Source: a virus
Strand: one strand, 5' to 3'
IMG/VR virus record: IMGVR_UViG_3300045125_000085
Coordinates: 64,001-128,000 of that record
Length of the DNA: 64,000 bases
A program made the translations under genes and the position numbers. The notes beneath the pieces are model-generated. The model was not told the DNA's origin, ran no database searches, and was given only the letters and a program-made list of their open reading frames with translations. This document shows, one piece after another, positions 1 to 11,100 of the stretch; position 1 is the stretch's first letter, and each line of letters opens with the position of its first letter.

Positions 1-86
1 TCCATAGGGAACACACGAGGAAACACGATCTGGTTAGACCGCATGACACCGTACTGTTTATAGAAGGCATTGTAGGTAAGCAACAT
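1..86 (-). CDS. N-terminus of probable virion RNA polymerase beta (N-part) subunit, phiKZ gp178-like; runs off the window
   Basis: ATG at 86 opens MLLTYNAFYKQYGVMRSNQIVFPRVFPM..., directly downstream of the beta' subunit; matches the phiKZ gp178-gp180-gp181 arrangement (synteny only). Confidence 0.55.
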   Translation of the reverse strand, partial: MLLTYNAFYKQYGVMRSNQIVFPRVFPM

Positions 87-92
87 AATGGT

Positions 93-259
93 TTATCCGG
101 TAATGCTGGCTAAGACATATTAATCACATCGGTCTCATGCTTAAAGCTAAAAGTACCATCAGACGCGATGTAGTAATGTCGGCTATTAAGAAAATCTTTG
201 ACTTCTTGTTGGGCATCAGTAGTGAAACACATAGTCCAACTCAAAGTATCGCCATCGAA
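93..259 (-). CDS. Exon 2 of virion RNAP beta' (middle/catalytic) subunit
   Basis: From 259 reads FDGDTLSWTMCFTTDAQQEVKDFLNSRHYYIASDG...; completes exon 1 (...LSRLDCD) to DCDFDGD. Stop is TAG at 110-112 as assembled, or TAA at 93-95 if one indel is corrected. Confidence 0.88.
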
Positions 260-668
260 CCCAATGTCCACGTCTATCCTAGACGCCGGTGCGCAATGAC
301 ACCCGCCCTGAGTTTCTTCAGGGGGCAGACTATCTCATTACCCTCGCCTCTTCTTGTGGAATAGCGGTCGGGTACTTCCCATTTCGACGCACACTCCTAG
401 TGCTGTCTACGCCTTGCTGAAGGGCTAGTCGTTGAGCCTACCTCATGCCCTTTTGGGGTTTAGAGGCTTCGCTGCGTGGTTGCCCAATCCTAACCATGCC
501 GTAATACGACAGGGACTTTTTGACCCGTCACGCTCGCCTTTCAGGCCACGTTGTGGGGGGTTAGGCTCTAAGGGTATTCCCGCAATTAGGAAGGCACTCA
601 TCTCAGTTTACACCGAGAGAGGGACAATAGTAAGAAAATATGCTACATCATATTAAGCTTACTCTAGT
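260..668 (-). ncRNA. Group I self-splicing intron (409 nt, no homing endonuclease ORF)
   Basis: 5' exon ends in U (669) and intron ends in G (260). Minus-strand core elements: P AAUUGCGGGAA (587-577), Q AACCACGCAGC (481-471), R CUCAACGACUA (436-426), S AAUGAGAUAGUC (339-328). P7 GACUA/UAGUC; P1 has a U.G pair at the splice site (IGS CUUACUAUUGUC, 634-623); P9 hairpins present. Confidence 0.93.
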
Positions 669-2114
669 ATCGCAGTCAAGACGGCTTAAATGAGGGAGAG
701 CAGGTGACATAGCGTTTACCCCACCTTCACCCCGTATAGGAAACTCAGGAGCTACTACCTCAGTCTTTTCCCAGCTACTGTCTAATAAGTAGCGTACCTC
801 AGTCCTCGCTGTCGCTTTGACATGTGGGTAACTCGGGTAGATGCTACCAAACCCAGTAACAGGATAACGCGTCACGTAGCCTGGTAAAGTCGGTGCTCGT
901 TGAAAGACCGAGATATACAGTAACTCACAAAAGCTCACAGGACGTACATCAGCTCGATTACGCTCAGGTGGTAGTTCATCTATATCTTGGAATAACCTAA
1001 ACGTACCATCTGGCCCAGTATATAAAAGACCAAAATAGCCTTCAGGTAATTCGAGCACATTATGTCTAAGCTCTTCCTCACCAAAGCGATTCAAGACTTT
1101 CTGTAAGCCTTCGTTAGTCATCCACTCATCGTAGACATAACTAGCGACATCTACCCATTTCGGCTTTAAGGTCTTTTTATCGACTAAGACAGCCGGTGAG
1201 TTAGGTCCTTGAAACACTTGACTTAGAAAGCCATTCCTGATATCAAAGAAGACTATAGGTAAAGCACTCTTAAGAAACTGATAGAGTCCTATCACTGACT
1301 GATTAGGATCTAGCAATCTAGGTGAGTCTAAGCTATCGACTTTCTGGATCAGTGCGGTAGCTACATTACGCGTACTGTTAAAGATCTTGCGTGAAGCCCA
1401 CTTACCTAAGATCATTTTACCTTTGCCTTCCATCATCCCTCTAAAGTAATCGTAGATTTCTATAAAGGTCTCTTGCATCTGGTAGCGTACGACATCCATA
1501 GACTCAGGATTATTCTTCAAAGCAGCCGGATCTATCATACCGGCTAAGGAGATCATGCGTTTATATGGCTTATTGATCTCACCTTCTGAAGGTTTACCAT
1601 CTTCATCATACTCGTAGTCTCTTAAACCTGCCGGCAAGATGATTAGCTTATCGATCAGAGGTTGTTCCCTATACTTCTCCACTAGCTTAATGTTAAACTG
1701 TCTAAGTGGACTAGCTCTAGTCTCGAACACGAGCTCACCAAAATGCTCTAAGAAGAAAGTATAGCCTGTACGACCCTCCATAGGCGTAGACTTAATAAAG
1801 TCTCTATTCGTAGCATCCCAGAGAGCATAGCCTTTACCTGAAATAATATCTGCATACAGCTGCTTTAATTCCTTAATGGCTTTAAACAGTACGGGATGCA
1901 GTAGTCCTATATTTAAGCGTACGTAGGAGAAAGTACGGTTACGGCGCTCATCGCCGACTTTACCAAAGATCTCAGTGCTGAATAAGCCGTTAGCTCTATA
2001 GGTACGAGTAGACGGCTCGAAAGTATCGATCGTGGTGACTGGCGGGATACTGCGCACCATCTCCTCAGTCGGTATGAGGATATTGATATTAAAAGGTAGC
2101 ATGTTTACTGACAT
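669..2114 (-). CDS. Exon 1 of virion RNA polymerase beta' subunit (phiKZ gp180-like)
   Basis: beta'-type motifs GLFSTEIFG, ILPAGLRD, GKWASRKIFNSTRNV, VTRYP; reading frame reaches the metal-binding motif exactly at the intron; likely start ATG 2114. Confidence 0.9.
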
Positions 2115-2155
2115 AGTAGCCCTCAAATCGTTTGAATTATTTAGGAGTTTGTATC

Positions 2156-5100
2156 ATGGCAAAATCTAAAGAAGCTGAACTCGATGATTTCGATTTCGAC
2201 GACGAGCTAGACTTCGACTTTGACGGTCCTAGTGAACCCGGTGAAGATGTAGAGGAAGACTCTCGTAAGCCTATACAGAAGGCTTTTAAAGGTATCCCTC
2301 AGTGGGGCTAAGGACAGAATAGTCTCGACCGAATTTCTCGGTGAGGTGGTCAAAGGCGCTTTGCCGAAAGAATACAGTGAGTCCACTTTATGGGCTCGAC
2401 GGATCAGCCGTAGACCAAGTAGCTAAATTAGCCGGCACTACGACAGAGCTATACCATGACGCGGTCGCTAAGGTCAAGCCTGAGGCTAATCGCGTCTTTA
2501 ACCAGATGTATAAACTGGTACCTACCAGCCAAGTACGTGCACGTGGGTTCTTAGATAAAGTCCGGGGTGCAGTCGGTTTCGACGAAGAACAACAAAGACG
2601 TGCTGAAGTATCTGCCGAAGATCAAGAAATCAGCGATACCTTAGGCAAAATCTTTACTGCGCAAGCAGAGCAAGACTCACAAGAACGTGCTGAAGATCAA
2701 GCAGAAGGACTGATCCAAACAACGATCGAACAGCAACTGCTTTGAATCTGATTCACAGCGATTAGATGCTATCAATGGTAGCTTAGGTCGCTTAGTCGGT
2801 TACAACGATAGAATCAATGCGGCTTATCAAAAGAAGTCTTTAGAATTACAATACCGCTCGTACTTTGTACAAGCTGGTATGGCAAAAAAGATAGCCGAGT
2901 ATTTTGAAGTCTTTAAAGTCCAAGGCGATAGTATCGTCAAGAATACGGCTTTACCGGATTTCGTTAAGCAAAGGGAAAGTGAACGCTTTAAAGAGTTATC
3001 GCGCACTAAGTTTTACGATAAGATCCAGACAGGCTTATTCGGCAGTGGGAGCGGGATAGAACGTGGGATCGCTAAGATTAAAGGACTAATGAAGGAAAAC
3101 ATCGCTGACTTTGTATCAGGGATGAGTGATGCACGAGATGCCATGGGTGACATCTATGATGCCCAGGATATGCTAGGCAGTATGGACATGGGTGATGGTA
3201 AGAAGACCTCGGCGATGGATATGGCCATGGACATGGGTGTGGATATGGGCGCCGGCATGGTCGGTAAAGCTGGTGTCAATTCCTTAGGCCGCAAAGTCGC
3301 TGAAAAGATCCGTAACAAAATGACCGGCAATAATCCGCTATTAACGGATTTTGCTAAGAAGAGCATGAAGTACGGGACGGATATCCCGGCCAGCTTACGT
3401 GAACTAGCGCGTTCAGATGCCTTGAAAGTTTCTAGTGAGGAACTTAATGAAGGCGGTATCATGAACGCCATGAGACGGAATGGTAAGTATGGTCTTAAAA
3501 ACATCATTAGCTTATTTACCGATACCACTGATACAACTATCGATCAAGGCGAGGGCTTCACCGATCTGACTAAGCCAGCTATCTTTGATGTAGTCACTAA
3601 GCGCAGTATCGATAATATCATACCTGGCTACTTAGCACGTATTTTAAGAGAAGTCCAAGTATTCCGTACTGGTGATGAGACGATTTCTTTAACGGAGTTC
3701 GATCATGGCTCTAATCAGTTCATGGATCGTAAGAAGATAGTGCGCTCTATTAAGAAGCTCATGCAGCGTACGATAGCTGGTGATGATGTCAAGCGTCGCT
3801 TTACTGAGTTAGAGCAACAAATAGGTTTAGAGTCATTTTCACCAGAAGCACAAAAAGCTTTACGCACGATCATGTCGAATACGATTTCAGATCGTAATGC
3901 CGGCATCATCGATAGTAAGACTTTTATGGATGAAAAGCATTATCGCGATTTAGATCCTAATGTCGCTGAAGAGATACAGAGCTAAGTTAAAGCAACGCTA
4001 TGACTTAGGTGCAGAAGGCTATGAGGATGAAAACTACAAGCTCAATCAGAAAGCGACCTTAGCTCGTAAAGCATCTGCGTGGACCGCAAGGACATATGGA
4101 GCAGCTAGTCCGTCTCGGACGTAGAGACATATTAAAGGAGATGGGCTTACTGACTGAAGGCGGTGGCGGTTATGCTGCTGTCGTAGGTGAGTTAGAGAAA
4201 GTACCGCGTAAGTTTCGTAAGGAGTTTACGGAAGCAGCTAAGAAGATGCAGTCAGGCGATAGCATCTATGACTTAATCTCAGAGAAGACTAAGACCAAGA
4301 TACAGGAAGACCCTGGTAAGCTGTTTGAGATCATGCGAGATATCGACGCTAAGTTTGAAGGTAGCGGTAGACAGCTAGTAATGGATTATGAAGGTTATCA
4401 GCGCTTCTTAGCCAACCAGCTCTCCGGTGCTGAAGAAGATGACGGCAATGACACTGGCGTAGAAGCCTCTTCAGCCTCTGAAGTCATAGCTAGACGACCT
4501 ACTGCGATACCTACGCGTCGTCGTGTCGCACGTACACCAGGTGTACCGCGTACTGCTAGACGTACTGGACCGCGCACTGTCGCTCAGACTTCTGCACCCT
4601 TACCGACTGTCGCTGAGATATTACCGACCGATACCAGCCACACCTACGACCTTAGCATCGACAGCACCACCACCAGTAGTCATGGCAGAGGACGCGAGTG
4701 ATAAAATCGTCACTGCCTTAGACCCTATAGCTGGTAGCTTAGTAGAGATTAGAGACTTATTAAAAGCCCGACCTATGACATCGATAGGTGTCACAGGTGG
4801 GTGGACTATGCCGATCTATAGATGCATCTAACTTCAGCATAGGTAATCTGCAAAACGTAGCTAAACAACGCATGGATGAAGGTGTACAATATGCCAGCAA
4901 CTAGCAGAGCAACATGTACCTGAAGCAGTCAGATCGCAAGTCAGTGCTGGTATAGATCGCGTCCGCGATACTAACCTAGATAGCATCATGGAGGATTTAC
5001 AAGGCGTCATCGACCTGGTAGGAGAGATGACAGCTGGGGAGATGAAGCAGAACGCTAGTAACGCATATGAAAATGCTCGGTTTACATTAGTCGATAATGC

Positions 5101-8100
5101 TAGTAAGTCATACGAGCGCTTACCGGAAAATGTGCGTACTCGTTTAAACAATGTGTCGCAGACGGTAACGCAAACAGCGACTGACTTAGGTCAAAGAACA
5201 GTCGCTCAAGTCGAAGCCCATTTACCAGAGAATGTCAAAAAGCAGTTAGAGTCTTTACCAAGTGAAGTCAGGGCTCAGGTAGAATCTGCCTATAAACGAC
5301 TCAAGGAAGGTGAAAAGCTACAGAACTTAATTCCAGAAGAGACGAAGAAGCGGATCGAAGCACTGCCTACCGATATTCGTACTAAAGCCAATGAGATTAT
5401 TGGTAAGATACAGTCGACAGAGTCGGTCCATGACTGGGTAGCTCCGGAGACAATAGAGGAATGGAAAAATCTGCCCGGTCATTTACAAGAGCAGTTTTCA
5501 AAAATACCAGATGTGGTCAGTGCTAGATTAAGCTCTAATGCTGCAGAGCAGACCTGATCTTTTTGCCGACGGAAGCACTCCTGTCGGAGCGACAAGGCTG
5601 CCATCTATCAATCTGCCTAGAATACTCGCACCTACGGCTAGCTGGGTAGAATCGATACAGCAGCAAGTCGGCAATAAAATCCCTACAGCTATTAGGAAGT
5701 CTAACACCAAGCTCCAATGCTGCAGAGCAGACCGATCTTTTTGCCGACGGAAGCACTCCTGTCGGAGCGACAAGGCTGCCATCTATCAATCTGCCTAGAA
5801 TACTCGCACCTACGGCTAGCTGGGTAGAATCGATACAGCAGCAAGTCGGCAATAAAATCCCTACAGCTATTAGAAGTCTAACACTAAGCTTCTAATGCTG
5901 CAGAGCAGACCGATCTTTTTGCCGACGGAAGCACTCCTGTCGGAGCGACAAGGCTGCCATCTATCAATCTGCCTAGAATACTTCGCACCTACGGCTAGCT
6001 GGGTAGAATCGATACAGCAGCAAGTCGGCAATAAAATCCCTACAGCTATTAGAAGTCTAACACCAAGCTCTAATGCTGCAGAGCAGACCGATCTTTTGCC
6101 GACGGAAGCACTCCTGTCGGAGCGACAAGGCTGCCATCTATCAATCTGCCTAGAATACTCGCACCTACGGCTAGCTGGGTAGAATCGATACAGCAGCAAG
6201 TCGGCAATAAAATCCCTACAGCTATTAGAAGTCTAACACCAAGCTCTAATGCTGCAGAGCAGACCGATCTTTTTGCTGACGGAAGCACTCCTGTCGGAGC
6301 GACAAGGCTGCCATCTATCAATCTGCCTAGAATACTTCGCACCTACGGCTAGCTGGGTAGAATCGATACAGCAGCAAGTCGGCAACAAAATCCCTACAGC
6401 TATTAGAAGTCTAACACCAAGCTCTAATGCTGCAGAGCAGACCGATCTTTTGCCGACGGAAGCACTCCCTGTCGGAGCGACAAGGCTGCCATCTATCAAT
6501 CTGCCTAGAATACTCGCACCTACGGCTAGCTGGGTAGAATCGATACAGCAGCAAGTCGGCAATAAAATCCCTACAGCTATTAGAAGTCTAACACCAAGCT
6601 CTAATGCTGCAGAGCAGACCGATCTTTTTGCCGACGGAAGCACTCCTGTCGGAGCGACAAGGCTGCCATCTATCAATCTGCCTAGAATACTCGCACCTAC
6701 GGCTAGCTGGGTAGAATCGATACAGCAGCAAGTCGGCAATAAAATCCCTACAGCTATTAGAAGTCTAACACCAAGCTCTAATGCTGCAGAGCAGACCGAT
6801 CTTTTTGCCGAATCCTCTTCTGAAACACAGATACCACCAACTAGTTTAATAAACCGACTTAAGTCTATTAAGCTTAACGGATTGATCTGTGCCTTTATTG
6901 AGCACTATGGCTACAGGTGCAAGTGCAGTTTCAGGCATACCTATCGGTTTAATGTCTCAACTGTTAGGTTCTTTTAAGAACCTTCAGTCTCATCGACCAC
7001 CTCCTCTTCTGAGCACAGTCATCTGCCGCATCGCCAGAGATTAGCGGTACTGAGCAAGGTTTGTTTAAAGCATGGCGTGATAAATTAGCGTTTGATAAAT
7101 TAAAAGAACTCAAGCCTAATATTGTGCTACATCTAAAATAAATTGGTCCAAAGGTGTCGGACAGGGTGATGCTGGTGCCGACGACGCCAGTGAAGACCAA
7201 TTGGCTGATCCACTCCATGCAACCTACACCGGCTCCACCGGTCCAAGAGAGAGAAGCCAAGAGCGATTAAGCGTGTATTAAAGACTACGCGAGGTATTGA
7301 TAGAGGTTATCGAAACTTAGCTGGTAAAGCGATCATGGGTGCTCCTGGTTTTGCACTCAAAACTTTAGGTAATACGTATAAGTACGGAGGTAAAGCTTTA
7401 CTAGGACTCGGTGAATTTGGCGCTATGTTCGCTAGTGAAGCGATTAAAGGCCATTTAGGTATACCGGATAGTCCAGCACTTATGATGACTACGATGCCTA
7501 GACGAGGCTGGATCGCCAAATACTCAACCACAGGAAGCTACCGAAGGTCAAGCTACCGAAACTACTAATAAGCCTAAGGATGGTATCTGGAACCGTGCTG
7601 TAAAGAAGATGGCGGATACTGTAGGTAAAGGTAAGGAGATACCTACTGCTACTGTTACCGATGTATTGAAACGCTTAACTGCTGAAAGAGCACTCAATGA
7701 AGATAATCAAGATCCTGCTCAGACTCAACGCCATTTATCGCAGTTGCAGACTTTAGAGTTTGTTAACACTGCTTTCAGCAAAGAAAAAGAGGCGATAGTG
7801 AAGGTCAAGCTACCGAAGGTCAAGCTACCGAAGGTGAGGAAAAGAAGACAGCTTACAATGATACAGATCATAGCGGGGAGCGAGATGGTAGCTGGAAGGA
7901 TAGGATCAAAGACTCGATGCGCGTGGCTTTAAAGGTGAGATGCCTAAAGAAGCTGAGGTCAAATATAAGCCTGATAAGAACGTCATTGACTTAATGGCTA
8001 AGAAAGCAAAAGAGGTAATGGATAAACTCAAAGGTAATGCCGATAGCGTCAAGGAAGGATTAGAAGATGCTGCTGAAGATCTGCTCGATAGCGATAATGA

Positions 8101-11100
8101 AGGGCGAGACGGTAAGAAACAGGGTAAGGGGTAAGAGCAATAAACCGATGACGAAAAAGGAGCGATTACGTCGAGGTATTAGAAGCGTCTTAGATAAGAC
8201 TAGAGCTGTAGATCGTGGTTATCGTCGCGTGGTCGGCGGCGCTATTCGTAAAGGGTGCTAAGCTTGGAGCAAAGAAGCTTACTGGAGTGTACACAAAATG
8301 GGTGGAAAGGCGATATGGAACATAGGTAAAACAGCTGTACTGGGAGGGTTAAGCAGTCTAGGAGGATTAGCTATGAAAGGCATCGGTGCTGCTGGAAATA
8401 TCGCAAGAGCAGGATCAGCTATTTATGCCGCAGGCGGTATGAGTGGATTACTGGCAGCAGCAGGCAGCATGATGCTTACACCGGTAGGATTAATTGCCGG
8501 AGTAGGTGCTTTAGGTTACGGTCTTTACAAAGCGTATAAATGGTGGAACTGTAATAAAGCTTCCGTTTACACCAATTTACGTTTACGTCAATATGGCTTA
8601 ACTGAAGCCGATAGTGATAAGAACCATTTCATCTTTGAGCTAGAAGAATACCTGATGAAAGAAGCCGTAGGCTATCACACGAAGGTATTCCTTACTTAAT
8701 GGAAAGAAAGCTCGAACCTGAGAAAGTACTCGAAATCTTCGATATCGACCCAGAAGACGAAGAGCGCATGAATGGTTTCATGACGTGGTTTAACGGACGC
8801 TTTAAGCCTATATTCTTATCTCACTTAGCGGCCTTGTTTAAAGTCGACCGTAAAGCTAACTTGCACGAAATCGACGATATCAAGACAGAAGCCTTAGTCC
8901 AGTATATCAATGCTGTCGCTACGCCTAACGGACCTTATGATATTATTGCTTCACCGTTTGAAGATCCTGAAGAATTAACAGCAGGTGTTCAAGATGTAGA
9001 AGCAGCTATTGATCTAGCTAAGTTAGAGTTAAGTAAAGCCAATAAGAACGCTAAAGGTAAAAGTGATGCATTACCAGGCATCGCTGCTGTCAGTCAGACT
9101 ACGCAGTCTTTAGAAAAGAAAGCCGAAGCAGAACATACTGCTAGACCTTCTACGAGTATTGGTAGAGCAGTAGATGCTGCTAAGCCAGAAAGCAAAGGCA
9201 TCGTGCAGAATATCCTAGGCAAGATCCCGTCACTATTATTAGAGGCAGGTACCGCTATCAGCGATTATGCTCGATCCTGTTAAAAAACTCATGACTAAGT
9301 TCAGCACGAACTTAATCCATAAGTTTGCAGGATTTGCTACTGCTTTGAAGCAGGCGGTTTTAAACCTACGGTTTAGTTACTGTAGATATTCATAAAGCCG
9401 GTATCTTGCGTAAGCTAGAGAAAGGTTTATATAAGTATCTAACGGTCGATAAGGATGTAAGAGCTACATTTGAAGGCGATGTATCTGAGATTCTAAAGGA
9501 GTACGGCAGTGATTTTAGGTGTCAGTTGGAGGTCGAAAGTGAACAAGCCCCGATTTGGATACGCTGGTTTAGATTACGGTTCTTACCGGCATATTTAGAG
9601 TATGTAGGACTTAGCGACCGCAGGCGGTAGGTAAGACGTGAACCTGATGAGTTAGAAGATAACCTCAAGGAGAATGCGTAAGTACAATATCGCCTCAAGC
9701 TATCGTAGGCTTAGCCGGATGTCTGGAAAGTAGAAGAAGCCCCATGGCCTGAATACTAAAGTCCGGCCTCGATCCTAAAGCTCTGTGATGAGAATCTTAA
9801 CTTCTTGCAAGATACGCGTTAAGGAAGAGCAAATCAAGGAAGAGAAAGCCAAGAAGCCTAAAGATGAGCAGATCAACGCAGGCATTAAACCACCGGAAAA
9901 TAAGCAAGCCGAGTTTACGCCTGGTTTAGGTAGACCTAATGATCCAGCCAGACCAGGTGAGCAGCTGAATCTTGATAGTGAGGCTGAGACGTCTAAAGGT
10001 TTGAATATAAAACAGATGGAGGGACAACAGGAGTCACAGGCACGTAGCAGCGCTAGTCCTTCTGGCATCGTTATGGATCAATCACCGTTAGCATCAGGAC
10101 AAGGTGGAGATGCCTTTATCAGCTTAGATGGTAACAGCTATATCGACGGTATGCATCCTTCATTCATGTCTAACTTTAGACGGATGGCTGAGGAGTACGG
10201 CAGTAAGACTGGTAAGAAGATCCATGTGACATCGGCCTTTAGATCAAAGGCCCATCAGAGATGTTGCACCGTAAGGATCCAGCAAAAACCGCTAGGCCCG
10301 GTAGATCTCTGCATGAGAAAGGATTAGCCATGGATATCTCGCCTAAGGATGCGAATGAGTTAGAGTCTTTAGGCTTGATGCGTAAATATGGTTTTACTCG
10401 TCCTGTAGGTAGTGAGGATTGGCATATCGAACCCGCAGGGATACAGGTAAATATCGAACGTGCTAAAGCAGATCCTAACTTTGCTGGTAAGATGATCGAT
10501 GCCTCTATAGGTGAGAGGGTGGTGGACTAGGTACAGATAAGAGCGTCAAGAAAGTCACGCGTGATTCTAAGCTAGCCTTAGCCTTACTCGGTGATATTTC
10601 AGTCAAGGATCCTAAGCCAGCTCTAGCATTAGCGCCACCGACACCTAACATGCCTACTGGTCAAGCTGGTGCTGATAGTCAGGGTGGTGGTGCAGGTGGT
10701 CAGGGAGGTTATGCCGGTAGCATAGGTGGTGGAATGACACCTGTCGGCTATAGTCCTGGAGGAGATGGAAATCAAGGCGGTTATGCAGGAGGCGGTGGAC
10801 TTACCTTACAGACACGGAGTTTTGGTGCCTTAGGTGGTGGTGGGTACGGCGGTAGTCTCGCCAGCAGCGCAGCAGGAGGTGTAGCGCCTAGTAGTACAGG
10901 AGGCCCTACCGGAGGTCCTACCGGAGGTCAAGGCTGGATGAACCAAACTGCCACTGGAGCCGACGGTGAAAAGCCTACATTGCCATCCAGCAACATTCCG
11001 AAGATGCTCACAGACTGACACGCGTCAGACTTAGGCAAGCATGCGAAATCCTTAAGATCATTGAGGACCTATGGCGTCAAAGGCAAGTAGGTGTAGCATC

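Noticed and set aside
137-656. Plus-strand ORFs 137..364 and 432..656 as genes or as an intron-encoded endonuclease
   Set aside because: They are antisense to exon 2 and the intron core, and have no RBS and no HNH, GIY-YIG or LAGLIDADG motif
5531-6811. CRISPR array or hammerhead-ribozyme (retrozyme) array
   Set aside because: Units are contiguous with no variable spacers, no cas genes are present, unit length is a multiple of 3 and in frame, and neither strand has a CUGANGA/GAAA core
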